From NCBI GenBank assembly GCA_951804945.1, contig OX638158.1:44764001-44828000 (forward strand): 64,000 nucleotides of DNA, read 5' to 3'. Shown here piece by piece: positions 48,117 through 60,815 of this stretch. A program made the position numbers and the translations under genes. How positions within the stretch are numbered: position 1 is the first letter of the stretch; every line of letters begins with the position of its first letter. The notes beneath the pieces are model-generated. The model did not search any database, was not told where the DNA came from, and worked only from the letters and a program-made list of their open reading frames with translations. Origin of the DNA: Podarcis cretensis. Lineage: Eukaryota.

Positions 48117-48366
48117 AGAAGAAGAGGAGGAGTTTGGATTTGATATCCCGCTTTATCACTACCCAAAGGAGTCTCAAAGCGGCTAACAATCTCCTTTCCC
48201 TTCCTCCCCCACAACAAACACTCTGTGAGGTGAGTGGGGCTGAGAGGCTTCAGAGAAGTGTGACTAGCCCAAGGTCACCCAGCAGCTGCATGTGGAGGAG
48301 CGGAGACGCGAACCCAGTTCACCAGATTACAAGACTACCGCTTTTAACCACTACATCACGCTGGCC
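48117..48366 (-). mobile_element. tRNA-derived SINE (Squam3-like)
   Basis: Reverse complement of the 13889-14140 family. Confidence 0.8.
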
Positions 48367-50617
48367 ATTATACAATGTCCTCCCATCAGGCACATGTTTC
48401 CATGCCTGTATTCATATGCCAGGTGGAATGAGAGGAGAATAAAGGTTCTTTTGAGCTCTGTTTCCATGAGAAGAGAAGCAGTTTATGCTCATATTGGGAA
48501 GGACCTGTAGACGCCAGAGGCAAAGAGTCTAATTTAGCTTGCTAGTTTTCTCTGTATAAGGATTTTTGTTTGGATTTGGGAGAGGAGGGGGGCAGAGATG
48601 CATTGGATCATGTGATCACTTCATCTGCAGTCTGAAGGGATTCAGTACAGAAGACATTTACCCACCTCACCTGTTGCCTGCGAAAAACAGGCCTATAAAA
48701 GACCAGCTTCCATATAAAATGAAATGACTGCCTCATCGCACCATGAAAATTAGGAGAAGTGAAATGAGGAAAGGCATAAATGGGAATAATTTCTTCTTCT
48801 TCGAGTAACGGTGGGCTGTGCAGAAGGTTGCAAGGGTGTTTATGTGCAGCTCTTCAACTTCACAGTTATATTGGTAGGTCCCACAACTCATATTTCGCTG
48901 AGCAGCTCCACTAATTATGTACTCGCACATGAGTTAATCATAGAACAGTATTAGTGTATTTCACATTACATGGTTCTTTGTTCTAAAACTTTTATCTGAA
49001 ATAGACTACTGGTGATAAACTATTTTTTTAAAAAAAATACAAAAACAAAATCAATTTCTCCTCAGTGCAGCCAGTCTCCCTTGTAATTGGTATTTACAAG
49101 CTAATAATTATTCTCTTGAAATCTATAAAAAAGCATGGTAAATGGTACACATTAGATTTTTCATCATTTGCATGCTACGCATTCATATCTATGCACTTTA
49201 CCCAAACCACAATAGGTGGACAGTGATTTCTAGATTATTTTCCATTCAGTTTTCTCACAGCCTTTTGTGCTCAAGTCATATGTTTTTTCCTGAGGTTTTC
49301 AGCTTAAATAGGTACCTGTCAGCTCCATCTTTAACAGGACAGCTTTAAGTGAATTAGTAAGGCACCCCCCCCCCCGAACGTTGAGCATTCCAAAAATATT
49401 GTACATTTCAAGAACACCCAGTTGTTCCAAATGAGCAGCAGACAGAATGGACAGCGCAGGCAAGTGGGCAGCCCAGGTCAGCTGGGGGAGGGGTCTGGCG
49501 AGTTCTAAGTGGAGGGGTGGTTTGGCTGAGTTTTATGGCAGGGGTTGCTGAGGTGTAAAAGGGGGAGGGATGGTCATTGGTGAGGCTGGCTGGCTGCCAG
49601 GAGAGTGGAGCTGGTGAACAAAGTGATCAGGGGTTCAGCATCTACTAATGAAATATTACTGATAAGGCTCTCATCAAATGAGCATCGTTAACAAAACAAA
49701 ATGATACTCGGTGCAGCCTTGTCCTCTATTATGAATAAGTTAAATCTGCTAGAATCAATGGACCTTATGAATGAGTAAGAGCAGGCATTGTCTTCTGTGA
49801 TTCACTGACAATTAGTTTCCTGCAGCCAAGAGCTAAACTAAATGGTAAATTCTTTTGACAGAAGGCAATTTCATCTCTTTAGCGTAATGAAATCGTAATG
49901 AGTACCAAAGGTTTCTTTGAGTTGTGCAGTAATAACCTCAAATGTTTGTGATTGAAAATAACTTGTTCTGAAAATGAGAAAGTAAAGGAAGCGGGTATTC
50001 GCATAATTCACAGTCAGACTCTGGACAAATCTTCAGCAGTATAGTCAGATGTGTTCAAATAATCCATGGCACACGTTCACTCCACCACTCATGCCCATCC
50101 TGTGACTGTTCAGCTATTGGAATAGAACATTTGTGCACTTGGGGTATCTTTGCCTTTGTAGTGTAAAGGATTTCAGGGGGAGCACAAAAGCAGGATTGAA
50201 GAACAAGCCATCCAAGGAAAGAAAGGCCCTGGAGTAAATTGCACTTTGCAGTTTCACAATTTTGCACAGCAGGTTCCTATTGAAAATCTGCATTCTAATT
50301 GGAATTTTGTTGAGTTCTAAGTTGTGAATCTATGACTCTGTTAATTCAGTATTACCAATTGTTCACGTTAAATAAAAAACTGTTTCTATTCCTGTTTAGT
50401 TTTGCTCAGAGCTGATCAGCATCACAAGTTTTGTAGTTTTAAAGATATAAAAATGCTTAGTTGTCCTTACGCACTGGTGTCCAGATAAAACACCTGTGAA
50501 GATATATGAAGTGATACTAAATGGTTAGAAAATTACCAGAATACATAAAAGAAAGATCATTTTCTGTAAGTGGATTCTTCAAATGCACCACAGATTTTGG
50601 AATCTCCACCAGAATGA

Positions 50618-50977
50618 TCAGATCAGGGTTTGAAGGGCCAAAATCATCATATTCAGTGGTAACACTGTTTTAGTAATGCTTTTGACTTGCACCCCCATCT
50701 CTTGGCTTTTAAACCCCTCTAGGAGTTGTAGCTTTGTGAGGAAAATAGGGGTCTCCTAACAATGCTCAGCACTAGTGCTTTTTTCTGGAGGTACTCAAGG
50801 GTTCAAGTCAAAGGCATTACTAAAACAGTGTTACCACTGAATATGATGATTTTGGCCCTTCAACCCCTGATCTGACTATTTCTGAGTACCTCCAGAAAAA
50901 AACACTGGGCTGAGCATTGTTAGGAGATCCCTATTGTCCTCACAGAGCTACAACTCCTACAGGGGTTTAAAAGCCAA
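50618..50977. repeat. Interleaved inverted repeats A-B-A'-B'
   Basis: A 50618-50694 pairs with A' 50799-50875 (3 mismatches in 77); B 50702-50797 pairs with B' 50883-50977 (about 6-7 differences). Confidence 0.92.
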
Positions 50978-52716
50978 TTCATCTTTGCAAGAAACTCGGG
51001 GAATTGTAGTTCTGTGAGGAGAATAGAGGTCTTCTTTTTGGTTCAGGAGAAAAATATGAATAAAGAGAATTCCTGGATGCCAATATCCAAGTTTGGGGCA
51101 AGTACTCTTTGGTGATAGTACCCCAACAGAGAGTACATCAATTCTTCAAAGGTGTGATTCGTGTGTTTTTCATACAGCATTCAGAAAAAGTTTTACAAGC
51201 ATTGGTATAGGAACTCAAGAGTGGCTTATGAGAGCCATGTGGTCTGAACTGGAGCAACCAGCTCAAACCTCTTTATACACTGAGCTTCTCAGGTAGACTG
51301 AAGGAACAAAGGCTTGATTACCTAGTTCCTCCCTAAAGGAGCTGAACCTGGCAGGACAGCTTACTTGTAAGGTCTTAACCCCTTCATGCATTAATTAGAC
51401 TTAAGCATGTTGCTTATATGAGGCTTGCTGTCCTATACTTCTAACTACTCCCAGCACCCCATATGAGAGCTGCAGGCTCACTGCACACTTCAAAATGGAA
51501 GAGAACAACAACAACAGATGCAGAGCTAAAGGCGCAATTTGATGGCCCCATTCTACTCATGTTGTTCCTTTATGGCAGTAATACCCTATGAGGGCTCCTT
51601 GTGTGACTGGAGTACAGTGTCACTCTGTACATTGGCTGAGCTGCCTGTGATATCATGGAAAGTTCACAACAGCTTTGACTGTCGAGCGTCAACACAGTGT
51701 TAACAAGCAGTGTAGCTACTTTAAGATAAATTTAAAAAGTTGGCTGAGATGGGAGGGAAGAATTGTGTACTGCTGCTCTCTATTTTAGTAATATTTCACA
51801 GATTTTAGGATTCTCAATTTTAGCACAGAGACTGGAGGTTTAATCTGGATGTGCAATAAAAAATGTTCGCAGAACAAGATGCACCACATTAGCTATCTGA
51901 TGTCATCGTGTTTATTTACAGACTCGAAACATGGACAAGCCATATGCAGTGCTCCCCCTTTTTGTGAGTCACGCTAGCCTGAACTTTTGCTCATTTCATT
52001 TCAATATGTTCCTCTCAAAGGGTGCATATTAGGCATCTGTCTTTATTAATATACTTTAATTAGGAGCTTGAGAAGTGAGTAATAATCTGGCTAAGGGTTT
52101 GGGGGGGAGGGTTTGCCTCAGAGACTACAATCAAAGGACAAGTTAAGTGTTGGTAGAGAGGCATGCAGCAAAAATGATAAGCCTTTGATGAACTGTAATT
52201 AGTAATTAAATTATTTCACTCGCTGTGCATGACACTGGGCTTCCAAATCCCACATTGCTTGTTTATATATTGACACATGTACTTTCTGCTAGATGATATA
52301 ATGTGGGTCATTAGCGCCCCCTTTTACAGCCTCAGCCTCTTTGGATCAAGACAGCTGAATATACCCAGTCATCCACCACCAACTCTGCCAAGTGCCCTGT
52401 TCCTGCAGCCACAAGATGTGTAGCCTCGCACTCTGTTACTGCCTGAGTGCATTTGAACATGGTGTTGTGTTTAAGAACTAAAAAGAGTCTGTTGGATCAG
52501 GCCAATAGCCCCTCTGCTCCAGAATGCTGTTCTGTCTTCATTTTGGCCAAGCCTATGCCAATAGAATCTGGTTCAATTCCTAACTCTCTCTGTCCCTCCT
52601 GCTCTGTCTCTGACCTGTTTGTGCCAAGTCACTTCCTAGTATCTGTGCCTTCCCCTCAGTGTCACTAAATTTCTTTCCCTGTGTGCTGCCCTAGCCCTCT
52701 TACTTAGTTCCACATA

Positions 52717-52943
52717 CAGTGGTACCTCTGGTTACGAACTTAATTCATTCCGGAGGTCCATTCTTAACCTGAAACCATTCTTAACCTGAGGTACCACTTT
52801 AGCTAATGGGGCCTCCCACAGCGCATGATTTCTGTTCTTATCCTGAGGTAAAGTTCTCAACCCGAGGTACTGCTTCTGGGTTAGCGGAACCTGTAACCTG
52901 AGGTGTTTGTAACCCAGGGTGTTTGAAACCTGAGGTACCACTG
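52717..52943. mobile_element. Tc1/mariner-type MITE abutting a second copy
   Basis: TIRs intact; separated from the next MITE by only 2 bp (TC). Confidence 0.9.
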
Positions 52944-52945
52944 TC

Positions 52946-54531
52946 CAGTGGTACCTCGGGTTACATACGCTTCAGGTTACATACCCTTCAGGTTACAGAC
53001 TCTGTTAACCCAGAAATATTGCTTCAGGTTAAGAACTTTGCTTCAGGAGGGAACCACATTTTCAGGAATTCGTTAGTAGAAGTATGGGACAGGTATAAAA
53101 ATCTTTTGGAACCAAGAGTTCCACACTGGCTATCCCCATTGGAGGTTATGAGTGTAAAGAAAATTAATATGAGAGGCAAATGGGTTACGTATGGTGAATT
53201 GGTAATTAAAGAAGGAGGAAAATGGAAATTAAAACCATATGAACAAGTTAAAGATCATGTATATGATTGGTTGCATTATTTCCAGGTAAATGAAATGTTT
53301 AAAAAAGACATAAAAGAAAATGGTTATGTAGAAAAAGATTCAAAGTTCCAAATAGATATAATAAATAATGAATGCAAAATTTTGTCAAAAATGTTTAAGA
53401 TATTGTTGGAATGGTATACGAAAGATGAAGAGGTTAAATCGGTAATGATACAATGGGCCAAAGATTTTGGGTATAATATTCAATTTGATGATTGGGGAAA
53501 ACTGTGGAAAGAAAACTTAAAATTTACTGCATGCACGGCATTGAAGGAAAATGTTACGAAAATGTTGTATAGATGGTACATCACACTGGTAAAACTTGCA
53601 AAAATATATAAGACATGTAATAAGTGTTGGAAATGTAAAGAAAAAGAAGGAACGTTTTATCATATGTGGTGGGAATGTAAGAAAGTGAAGAGTTTCTGGG
53701 AAGCGATATATAATGAATTGAAAAAGATGTTAAAATATACTTTTGTAAAGAAACCAGAAGCTTTTCTTTTAGGGATTACAGGAAAAGAAATAAGAAGAAA
53801 GGATTGTAAACTTTTTCAGTATGCAGTTACAGCAGCAAGAATTTTAGTGGCCCAGAAATGGAAACAAGAGGAAGCTTTTCTTTTAGGGATTACAGGAAAA
53901 GAAATAAGAAGAAAGGATTGTAAACTTTTTCAGTATGCAGTTACAGCAGCAAGAATTTTAGTGGCCCAGAAATGGAAACAAGAGGAAATACCGACGATAC
54001 AAGAATGGAGAATGAAACTGACAGACTATGCAGAACTGGATAAACTAACTGGGAAAATTAGATATGTGTGAAATCAAAAGTTCATCGAAGACTGGGGAAA
54101 GTTTGTAGAATATCTGAAAAATGTATGTGAGGTGCAAACAATGCTAGTGGGGTTTCAAGAAGCACTGTAAAAGTTTAAGATGTATTGTTAAAAAGAAATA
54201 TAAAGGGGAGGGAAGTCAAATGGCAATACAATGAAGGGAATGCGTATTGAAGAATAATTATGGATGATTACCAGAGAAGCTGAAGGAAGTCCAAAAAGAA
54301 TTAATTTGTTAAAATTTGGATAAAATTGTATAATTGTGTTGGAAAATTAATAAAAATTTATATGAAAAAAAAAAAAGAACTTTGCTTCAGGACAAGAACA
54401 GAAATTGTGCTCCGGCGGCGCAGTGGCAGCAGGAGGCCCCATTAGCTAAAGTGGTGCTTCAGGTTAAGCACAGTTTCAGGTTAAGTACGGACCTCTGGAA
54501 CAAATTAAGTACTTAACCTGAGGTACCACTG
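52946..54531. mobile_element. Tc1/mariner-type MITE interrupted by L1
   Basis: Halves 52946-53048 and 54375-54531 are colinear with the family. Confidence 0.9.
53049..54374 (+). mobile_element. 5'-truncated L1-clade LINE (ORF2 C-terminal part, 3' UTR, poly-A)
   Basis: 18-bp TSD AAGAACTTTGCTTCAGGA (53031-53048 / 54375-54392) at a TT|AAGA site; CWKCKEKEGTFYHMWWEC; AATAAA plus poly-A; TGA at 54069 interrupts a frame that continues to about 54169. Confidence 0.93.
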
Positions 54532-54842
54532 TACATTGTTACAATTAATAGTATTTTTTATTACAGCTGGAAGGAGCTAAACCATTTAATAGGTAAAAAA
54601 AACCCAATTGGTCACATTGGAGTTTTTCACAACAGGGAGCCTCTGTGGATACCATAGCACTGTTGGATTCCTGATCAATCTAGATGGAGGAAGTCCAGAT
54701 CTTACAGCATGGTCATTTCAAAGAGGAGCTTGTTCCCCACAGCAGTGCAGCGTTGGAGTCCAAGGCATCTCTCCCATCCTGCCTTCAGCCAGCCTGCCAA
54801 AGAAGAAGACTCTGTCTTGGTTCTCCCTTCTCCTTCCCATAA

Positions 54843-55198
54843 AGGTAAAGGTACCCCTGCCCGTACGGGCCAGTCTTGACAGACTCTGGGGTTGTGCGCC
54901 CATCTCACTTAAGAGGCCAGGGGCCAGCGCTGTCCGGAGACACTTCCGGGTCACGTGGCCAGCGTGACATCGCTGCTCTGGCAAGCCAGAGCCACACACG
55001 GAAACGCCGTTTACCTTCCCGCTGGTAAGCGGTCCCTATTTATCTACTTGCACCCGGAGGTGCTTTCAAACTGCTAGGTTGGCAGGCGCTGGGACCGAGC
55101 AGCGGGAGCGCACCCCGCCGCAGGGATTCGAACCGCCGACCTTTCGATCGGCAAGTCCTAGGCGCTGAGGCTTTAACCCACAGCGCCACCTGCGTCCC
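54843..55198 (-). mobile_element. Sauria SINE, variant (young) subfamily, full length
   Basis: Near-identical to 27847-28210; TSD TTCCCATAA. Confidence 0.92.
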
Positions 55199-55971
55199 TT
55201 CCCATAACACCTTGCTAAAGACACTCTTTTCCTGCCACCACTCTCACACACCCCATAACTTTGGTACCCTTGGTCTGCCCAGGCCCCTCTTAGATGAACA
55301 CCTTTTGTAATGTCAACACCTTGGCTTATCCCTGGGGCTAGTCCTGTGAAGCTGCCTGGGCTTGTGGTCCTAAATGGAAAGCAACAGTGCTTGGCTTAGT
55401 TTTAATTGACCGAACTTTGCTTACTTCATGAATTTATTAGTTTGCTCAAATTTTAGCTCTTTGCTGACTCTAGAGATTATGGTGAGTCCCCTTCCACAAA
55501 CACATAACAGATGCTTACAGTTGTACATGTCAATGACAAAATGTGTAATTTCTTTAAATTTCTTTTTATATTGTCCCCTTACAACACCTACCCTAGACTC
55601 CTAGTCTGTCCTCCTAGTCTGGCAGCCTTGATATACCTGGCAATCTGTCACTCCCATGTAAAATCTTGTTCTGGCATCACCAGTTTACTTTGGAACCTAC
55701 ATACAGTGCAGAACAGAATCCTTCATGCAGTATTCTTCCTGGATTTTTTCATAATTCCATGGGGTATGTATTGTATAGAACAATAACACCAGCCCACTCA
55801 CTCCTTTGCCAACATAATTCTACCCTAAAGTTCAATTACTGTGAACTTACTTAAGTTACCTTACGTTCCAAACCAGTATCTCTAAAATTGTAGCATGTTC
55901 AAAGTAAAGGTTGTCTGTGTTCTGAGACTACCATAGACTATAGGCATGATCCATATAAACAACTATCTGAC

Positions 55972-56104
55972 TTTTAGAAGACATCTGAAGGCAGCCTTTT
56001 TTAGGGAAGCTTTTAATATTTGATGAATTATTTTATTTTAATATTTTGCTGGAAGCTGCCCAAAGTGGCTGGGGAAACCCAGCCAGATGGGCGGGTGTAA
56101 ATAA

Positions 56105-56140
<36 letters not shown>
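55972..56140 (+). mobile_element. L2-type 3' end with (TTA)n tail
   Basis: Homologous to 1399-1571. Confidence 0.75.
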
Positions 56141-56141
<1 letters not shown>

Positions 56142-56922
56142 GCCATAAGAACTGCCATGCTTCAATCCCACAGATTTCACAGAGATCTAAGCAAACACCC
56201 TCCTATTGAGATAAATTGTAATTCACTTTGGCTAGATCGAGCCCCTTTGCTTGACAGATGCTTTATTCATGCTGATACTTTCTCATTTGTTTGTCATTCT
56301 ACACACCATTTGAAAAAGTTTAAATAAATCCTAGCACAATGTGCTTGATATAGGGACATATGGGGATAAGAGGCACAACTAATGTATAATTAGAATGGAC
56401 GGTTTTAGCTTCTCTCACCAGTCACTCAGAATTTGTGACAGTTGCATCTAAGAGCAACTCAACACTATAGACCATGAGAAAGGTGATTAGAGGGGAACGC
56501 TCTACTCTCTTTGCTCAAATAATGAAATGATTAGAAACTGAGCCTGAACAAACAGCTCAGAAAGTGCAGCTCTTTTATTTAGACTAGTGAGGTTAGTTCA
56601 CACCAAACCTTTCAAACAAGACAAATTCTCATTCTTGTCAAAAATGTGAGAGAGTGAACAAAAGAACAGTACAATATGAAAATCATGTTACAGAGGGAAA
56701 TCGCATAAAAGGAACCTCTTTGCTCTCTCATGACCACTGAAACATAGATGTCTCTTACCCAGTAATTACCTGAATATAACTGATGGATTGAATGTGTGCT
56801 CTGAATAAAAAAATGAGAGCATGCATAAGACTAGTAAAGAATACTAACGGGGGGAAAGCTGGAGCCATCTTCTAATATGTAATGCATCTTATTAAGGAAC
56901 TCTGTTTTATTTCTGTGTTTCT

Positions 56923-57363
56923 TTTTTAAATAAATTTTATTAAGGTTTATAGAGAAAAATACCAAATGTAATACCCTTTCCATTTTTTAAAAAACCAAAT
57001 CAAGACTTTAATCTATATACAATAAAAACACCAAGGGGGTGGGGAAGAGGAAGAAAAATATTTTTTTAAAAAACAATAATAGCAAAGAGGTTAAAAGAGA
57101 AATATAGAAAAATAAGATTCAGAAAATAAAGAACTTCCAATTCTTCATCTGTCCACTATATAAAAGCAACATTCACCTTGTCCAATACATATAACATCCA
57201 ACAAAGCCACTTTCTATAAACAAACATTATCTTCAATCCTCAAATCCAGATATCAGTATTTCTTCTTCACGCAAAAAGTCTATGAGAGGTTTCCAATCTT
57301 TAACAAATGTTAACAATGACTTTTCCCTGATTAAACAAGTCAATTTTGCCATATCAGCTAAGC
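56923..57363 (-). mobile_element. L1-clade LINE extreme 3' end
   Basis: - strand LADMAKLTCLIREKSLLTFVKDWKPLIDF resembles the ORF2 tails at 20.1 and 54.0 kb; T-rich left end; TSD GTGTTTCT. Confidence 0.8.
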
Positions 57364-57950
57364 GTGTTTCTGATATTGTATTAAGATGTGTCAGAACTGA
57401 AAACTGCCATTTCCACTATGCAATGGTGCCATCATCTCAGAAGAACTGACTTGAAGGTAACCCCTTAATATCCATCTAGCCCATAATTTCTTTCCAACAT
57501 TAAACATAAGAGGAGTCCTGCTGAATCAAACCGAAGGCCAGTATTCTGTTCTCACAGTGGCCATCCAAATGCCTATGGGGAAGGGAATGAGGGCAAAAGC
57601 ACTCTCCCACTGTTGATTCAGAAGCAAGATGCAAGGTTATATATCAGTAGTGATGAGTAGAAGCCATTGTCCTTAGTAAATTTGTCTAATCCTTTTGTAA
57701 GCCCTTTTTAGAAAGTTCACAAGGGGGCAGGGTTCCTTGTTCGTGTTCAGCATCTGATTGTCAAATACGTTTAGCTTTTGAACGTGGAAGTTCAGTGGCT
57801 ATCATGGAATTTCCCTTATATTATCATGGCTAGCTATCAGGCATCATTGACAGCAGTATTCTCCATGAGTATGCTCAATAATTTAAAAAGCTATCTAAGC
57901 TAATGACCATTCTGTGCCAGTGGATTTAATAAGTTCTATGTGTTGCTTGA

Positions 57951-58303
57951 GGGACATGGGTGGCACTGTGGGTTAAACCACAGAGCCTAGGACTTGCCGA
58001 TCAGAAGGTCGGCGGTTCGAATCCTTGCAACGGGGTGAACTCCCGTTGCTCAGTGCCTGCTCCTGCCAACCTAGCAGTTCAAAAGCACGTCAAAGTGCAA
58101 GTAGATAAATAGGTACTACTCTGGCGGGAAGGTAAACGGCGTTTCTGTGCGCTGCTCTGGTTCGCCAGAAGAGGCTTAGTCATGCTGGCCACATGACCCG
58201 GAAGCTGTACGCCAGCTCCCTCAGCCAATAAGGCAAGATGAGCGCCGCAACCCCAGAGTCGGCCACAAATGGACCTAATGGTCAGGGGTCCCTTTACCTT
58301 TAC
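57951..58303 (+). mobile_element. Sauria SINE, full length, inside an old CR1-like fragment
   Basis: 15-bp TSD CTATGTGTTGCTTGA (57936-57950 / 58304-58318). Confidence 0.92.
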
Positions 58304-60087
58304 CTATGTGTTGCTTGAAGATAATTGTCATTTTGTTTGTCCTGGGCCTGCTAGAAATCAATATTTATCATCCTTTCTCTTACAAGTTCTTCTTTTAAAC
58401 TGAATCTCCCAAGCTTTTATTTGAATTGCACATACCACTGCTGCACTGATCATTGCATTTGTCCTATTATATTTGTCCTGCAATATACTTTTTTGAAACA
58501 GGACAACCATATTTGATGCATATACAGCTCCTGCTTTTGCTTTACTACTGCTCTTCAGACGATACAGATCCATAGGCATTGAGTACTGGATAGCACCAGA
58601 AATTTAAGGATAGATTGCCAAGTTCTATATATATATGTATAGTCAAGTATGCTGTGGTCAACAAAGGCCCTTTTCTCTTGAACTAAGTTTCTTAAGATGT
58701 TTGATAAAGCAGGGGGTTCTTTTCACTCACGATTCACCAATTAGTTTATACTTATTGTCCAGCTTAAACAGCAATACAAGATACTTCAGCATGGTGTGAA
58801 CAGTAGTTGAACTTTAATCTATCACTGGACATCGCTCATTTCTGCTGGACTATAAATTACTTGCTGGTTGCTAGAATTTTTGCTGCCCAAGGCGGGCCTA
58901 GTTCTAATTGAAGAAAGCACTTCTTCTGTTCTTAAGCTTTAATGTACAGGCAAGATGCTTTATGAGTTGACTTTTTAAGAGGTCCTGGGCATATACTTTT
59001 GCTTGGTACATTTAAAATACATCAATAGATCATAGAGGTTCTAGTAAGAAAAAAGAAAAGAAAGATACACCCTGCAGGACTGAAGTCAGTCCACCTCTCC
59101 CTTAGCATACTGAGAATCAAGGGCCTCCATTAAATTAAAGCTGTGAAGAATAGCAAGGGGAGGAAATCCTTCTGAAGCATATTGATTCAAAGTTGTTAGT
59201 GTCTCATCTAATTTAAAATCTATTCTAAACTCAATAACAGACAAGTGTACATAAGATAACTGCTAATGAATGTCATCTAGGCTTGAAAAGGAAAAGGAGG
59301 CTAATATTATCTGAGATCATGAATTCTGGGTAAAGAGAGAAGTGCTTGGTTTCTACAATGATAGAAGCTTGGTTTAGAAACTGAAACTGCATGCACAAAG
59401 AGTTATGTATCAGGTCAAGGACCAAGCCTATTTTGTATTAACATAAACAAGCAGAGCAAGGCAAATCCTCCACAAACACCAGAATTTTCTACAGTCTTAA
59501 AATAACTTTTACACAAGTACCACTTAGTCCTTGATGCTGTTGAACTATGAATTGAACAGATGAACCAAGCAATGTGATATTGTGGCAACACTGAGGTGGG
59601 CTTTCTCACTTGTGGCCCCAAGGTCGTGGAATTCTTGTCCTGCTGAAATATGAGAGGCCCCATCAGTATTGGCATTCTGCCGGCTTTGAAGACACATGTG
59701 TTTACACAAGACTTCAAGCTCCTGTTTTAATTGCTGTTTTAACTTCAAATCATTGTCCTATTTTATTTGGCATGTTTTATTGCACCTTTTAATTGTGCAT
59801 GTTTATTTTAACATTTTGATGAAATTGTTTTATTGTGTATTTTAATTAATGTGTTTCTTGTAACTGGTTTCACATTTGTAAATAGCTTAGAGGTCACTTT
59901 GGCAATTAAGAGGTATATAAATTAATAAATCAGTTTCAGGCTATGTTACATCATAACAGATTGGAATACTGGGAACAGTTTGTACTGCCTTTACTTCATA
60001 ATTGTCAGCCAGCGGAATTATGAATACTTGGGTGCTGTTCTCTTGATCTGGGTTTACTCCCTATGATACTCAGCTCCACAATAATTA

Positions 60088-60275
60088 CAGTGGTACCTCA
60101 GGTTACAGACACTTCAGGTTATGTGATTTTGGGTTGCGCACTGCGCCAAACCCAGAAGTACCGGAACGGGTTACTTCCAGGTTTTGGTGCTAGCGCATGC
60201 ACAAAAGCACTAAATTGTGCTTTGTGCATGCACAGAAGCACCAAATCATGACCCTTGCAACCCAAAGTTCCACTG
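60088..60275. mobile_element. Tc1/mariner-type MITE, different internal subfamily
   Basis: TA+CAGTGGTACCTCAGGTTAC; degenerate right TIR caaagttccactg. Confidence 0.75.
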
Positions 60276-60289
60276 GAATTTAAAATGGT

Positions 60290-60815
60290 ATTTAAAAAAT
60301 CAGTAAAACATCAATATGGTATAAAAAGAGCACATAAATAGTTCACCTGCTGCTTTTCAATATTGGCCTAGAAGATGACTCTTCTTCTCCATCAAAAACT
60401 TGGGGGAAGAGGTGAGTGCAGAAACTGCACAGTATCAGGACCAGCTGAATCACAAGAAGGTCATTCCACAACTGGGGTTCCACCACTGAGAAGACCCTTT
60501 CCCACATAATTGAACTGTGAATACCACTTATGAGATGGGACAAGGAAAATGGCCCCACTGGCAGATCTTAAAGCCTAAGCAGGACAATAAATGCTCTGTC
60601 AGCTAACTAGGCACTATGTCATTCAGGTCATCACTAAAACCTTGAGTTGGGCTTGGAAGCATCGTGCAACCAGTTGAGAAATAATATAGTTCCAGGTGGC
60701 TGAACCAATAAAAAACCTTTGCAGTTACATTTTGAACCAGTTGCACCTTCTAAACCATTTTCAAGTGCAGCTCTACATAGAGTGGATTGCAGAAATCTAA
60801 ACTGAAGGTTACTAT
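60290..60815 (-). mobile_element. Degraded L2 LINE 3' region
   Basis: ttccacaactggggttccaccactgagaagaccc and gcagttacattttgaaccagttgca resemble reverse-strand L2 sequence. Confidence 0.55.

Noticed and set aside
52923-54071. 382-aa ORF as a gene
   Set aside because: Chance in-frame fusion of MITE sequence (non-ATG start) to a 5'-truncated L1 ORF2 lacking EN and RT; ends at a premature stop
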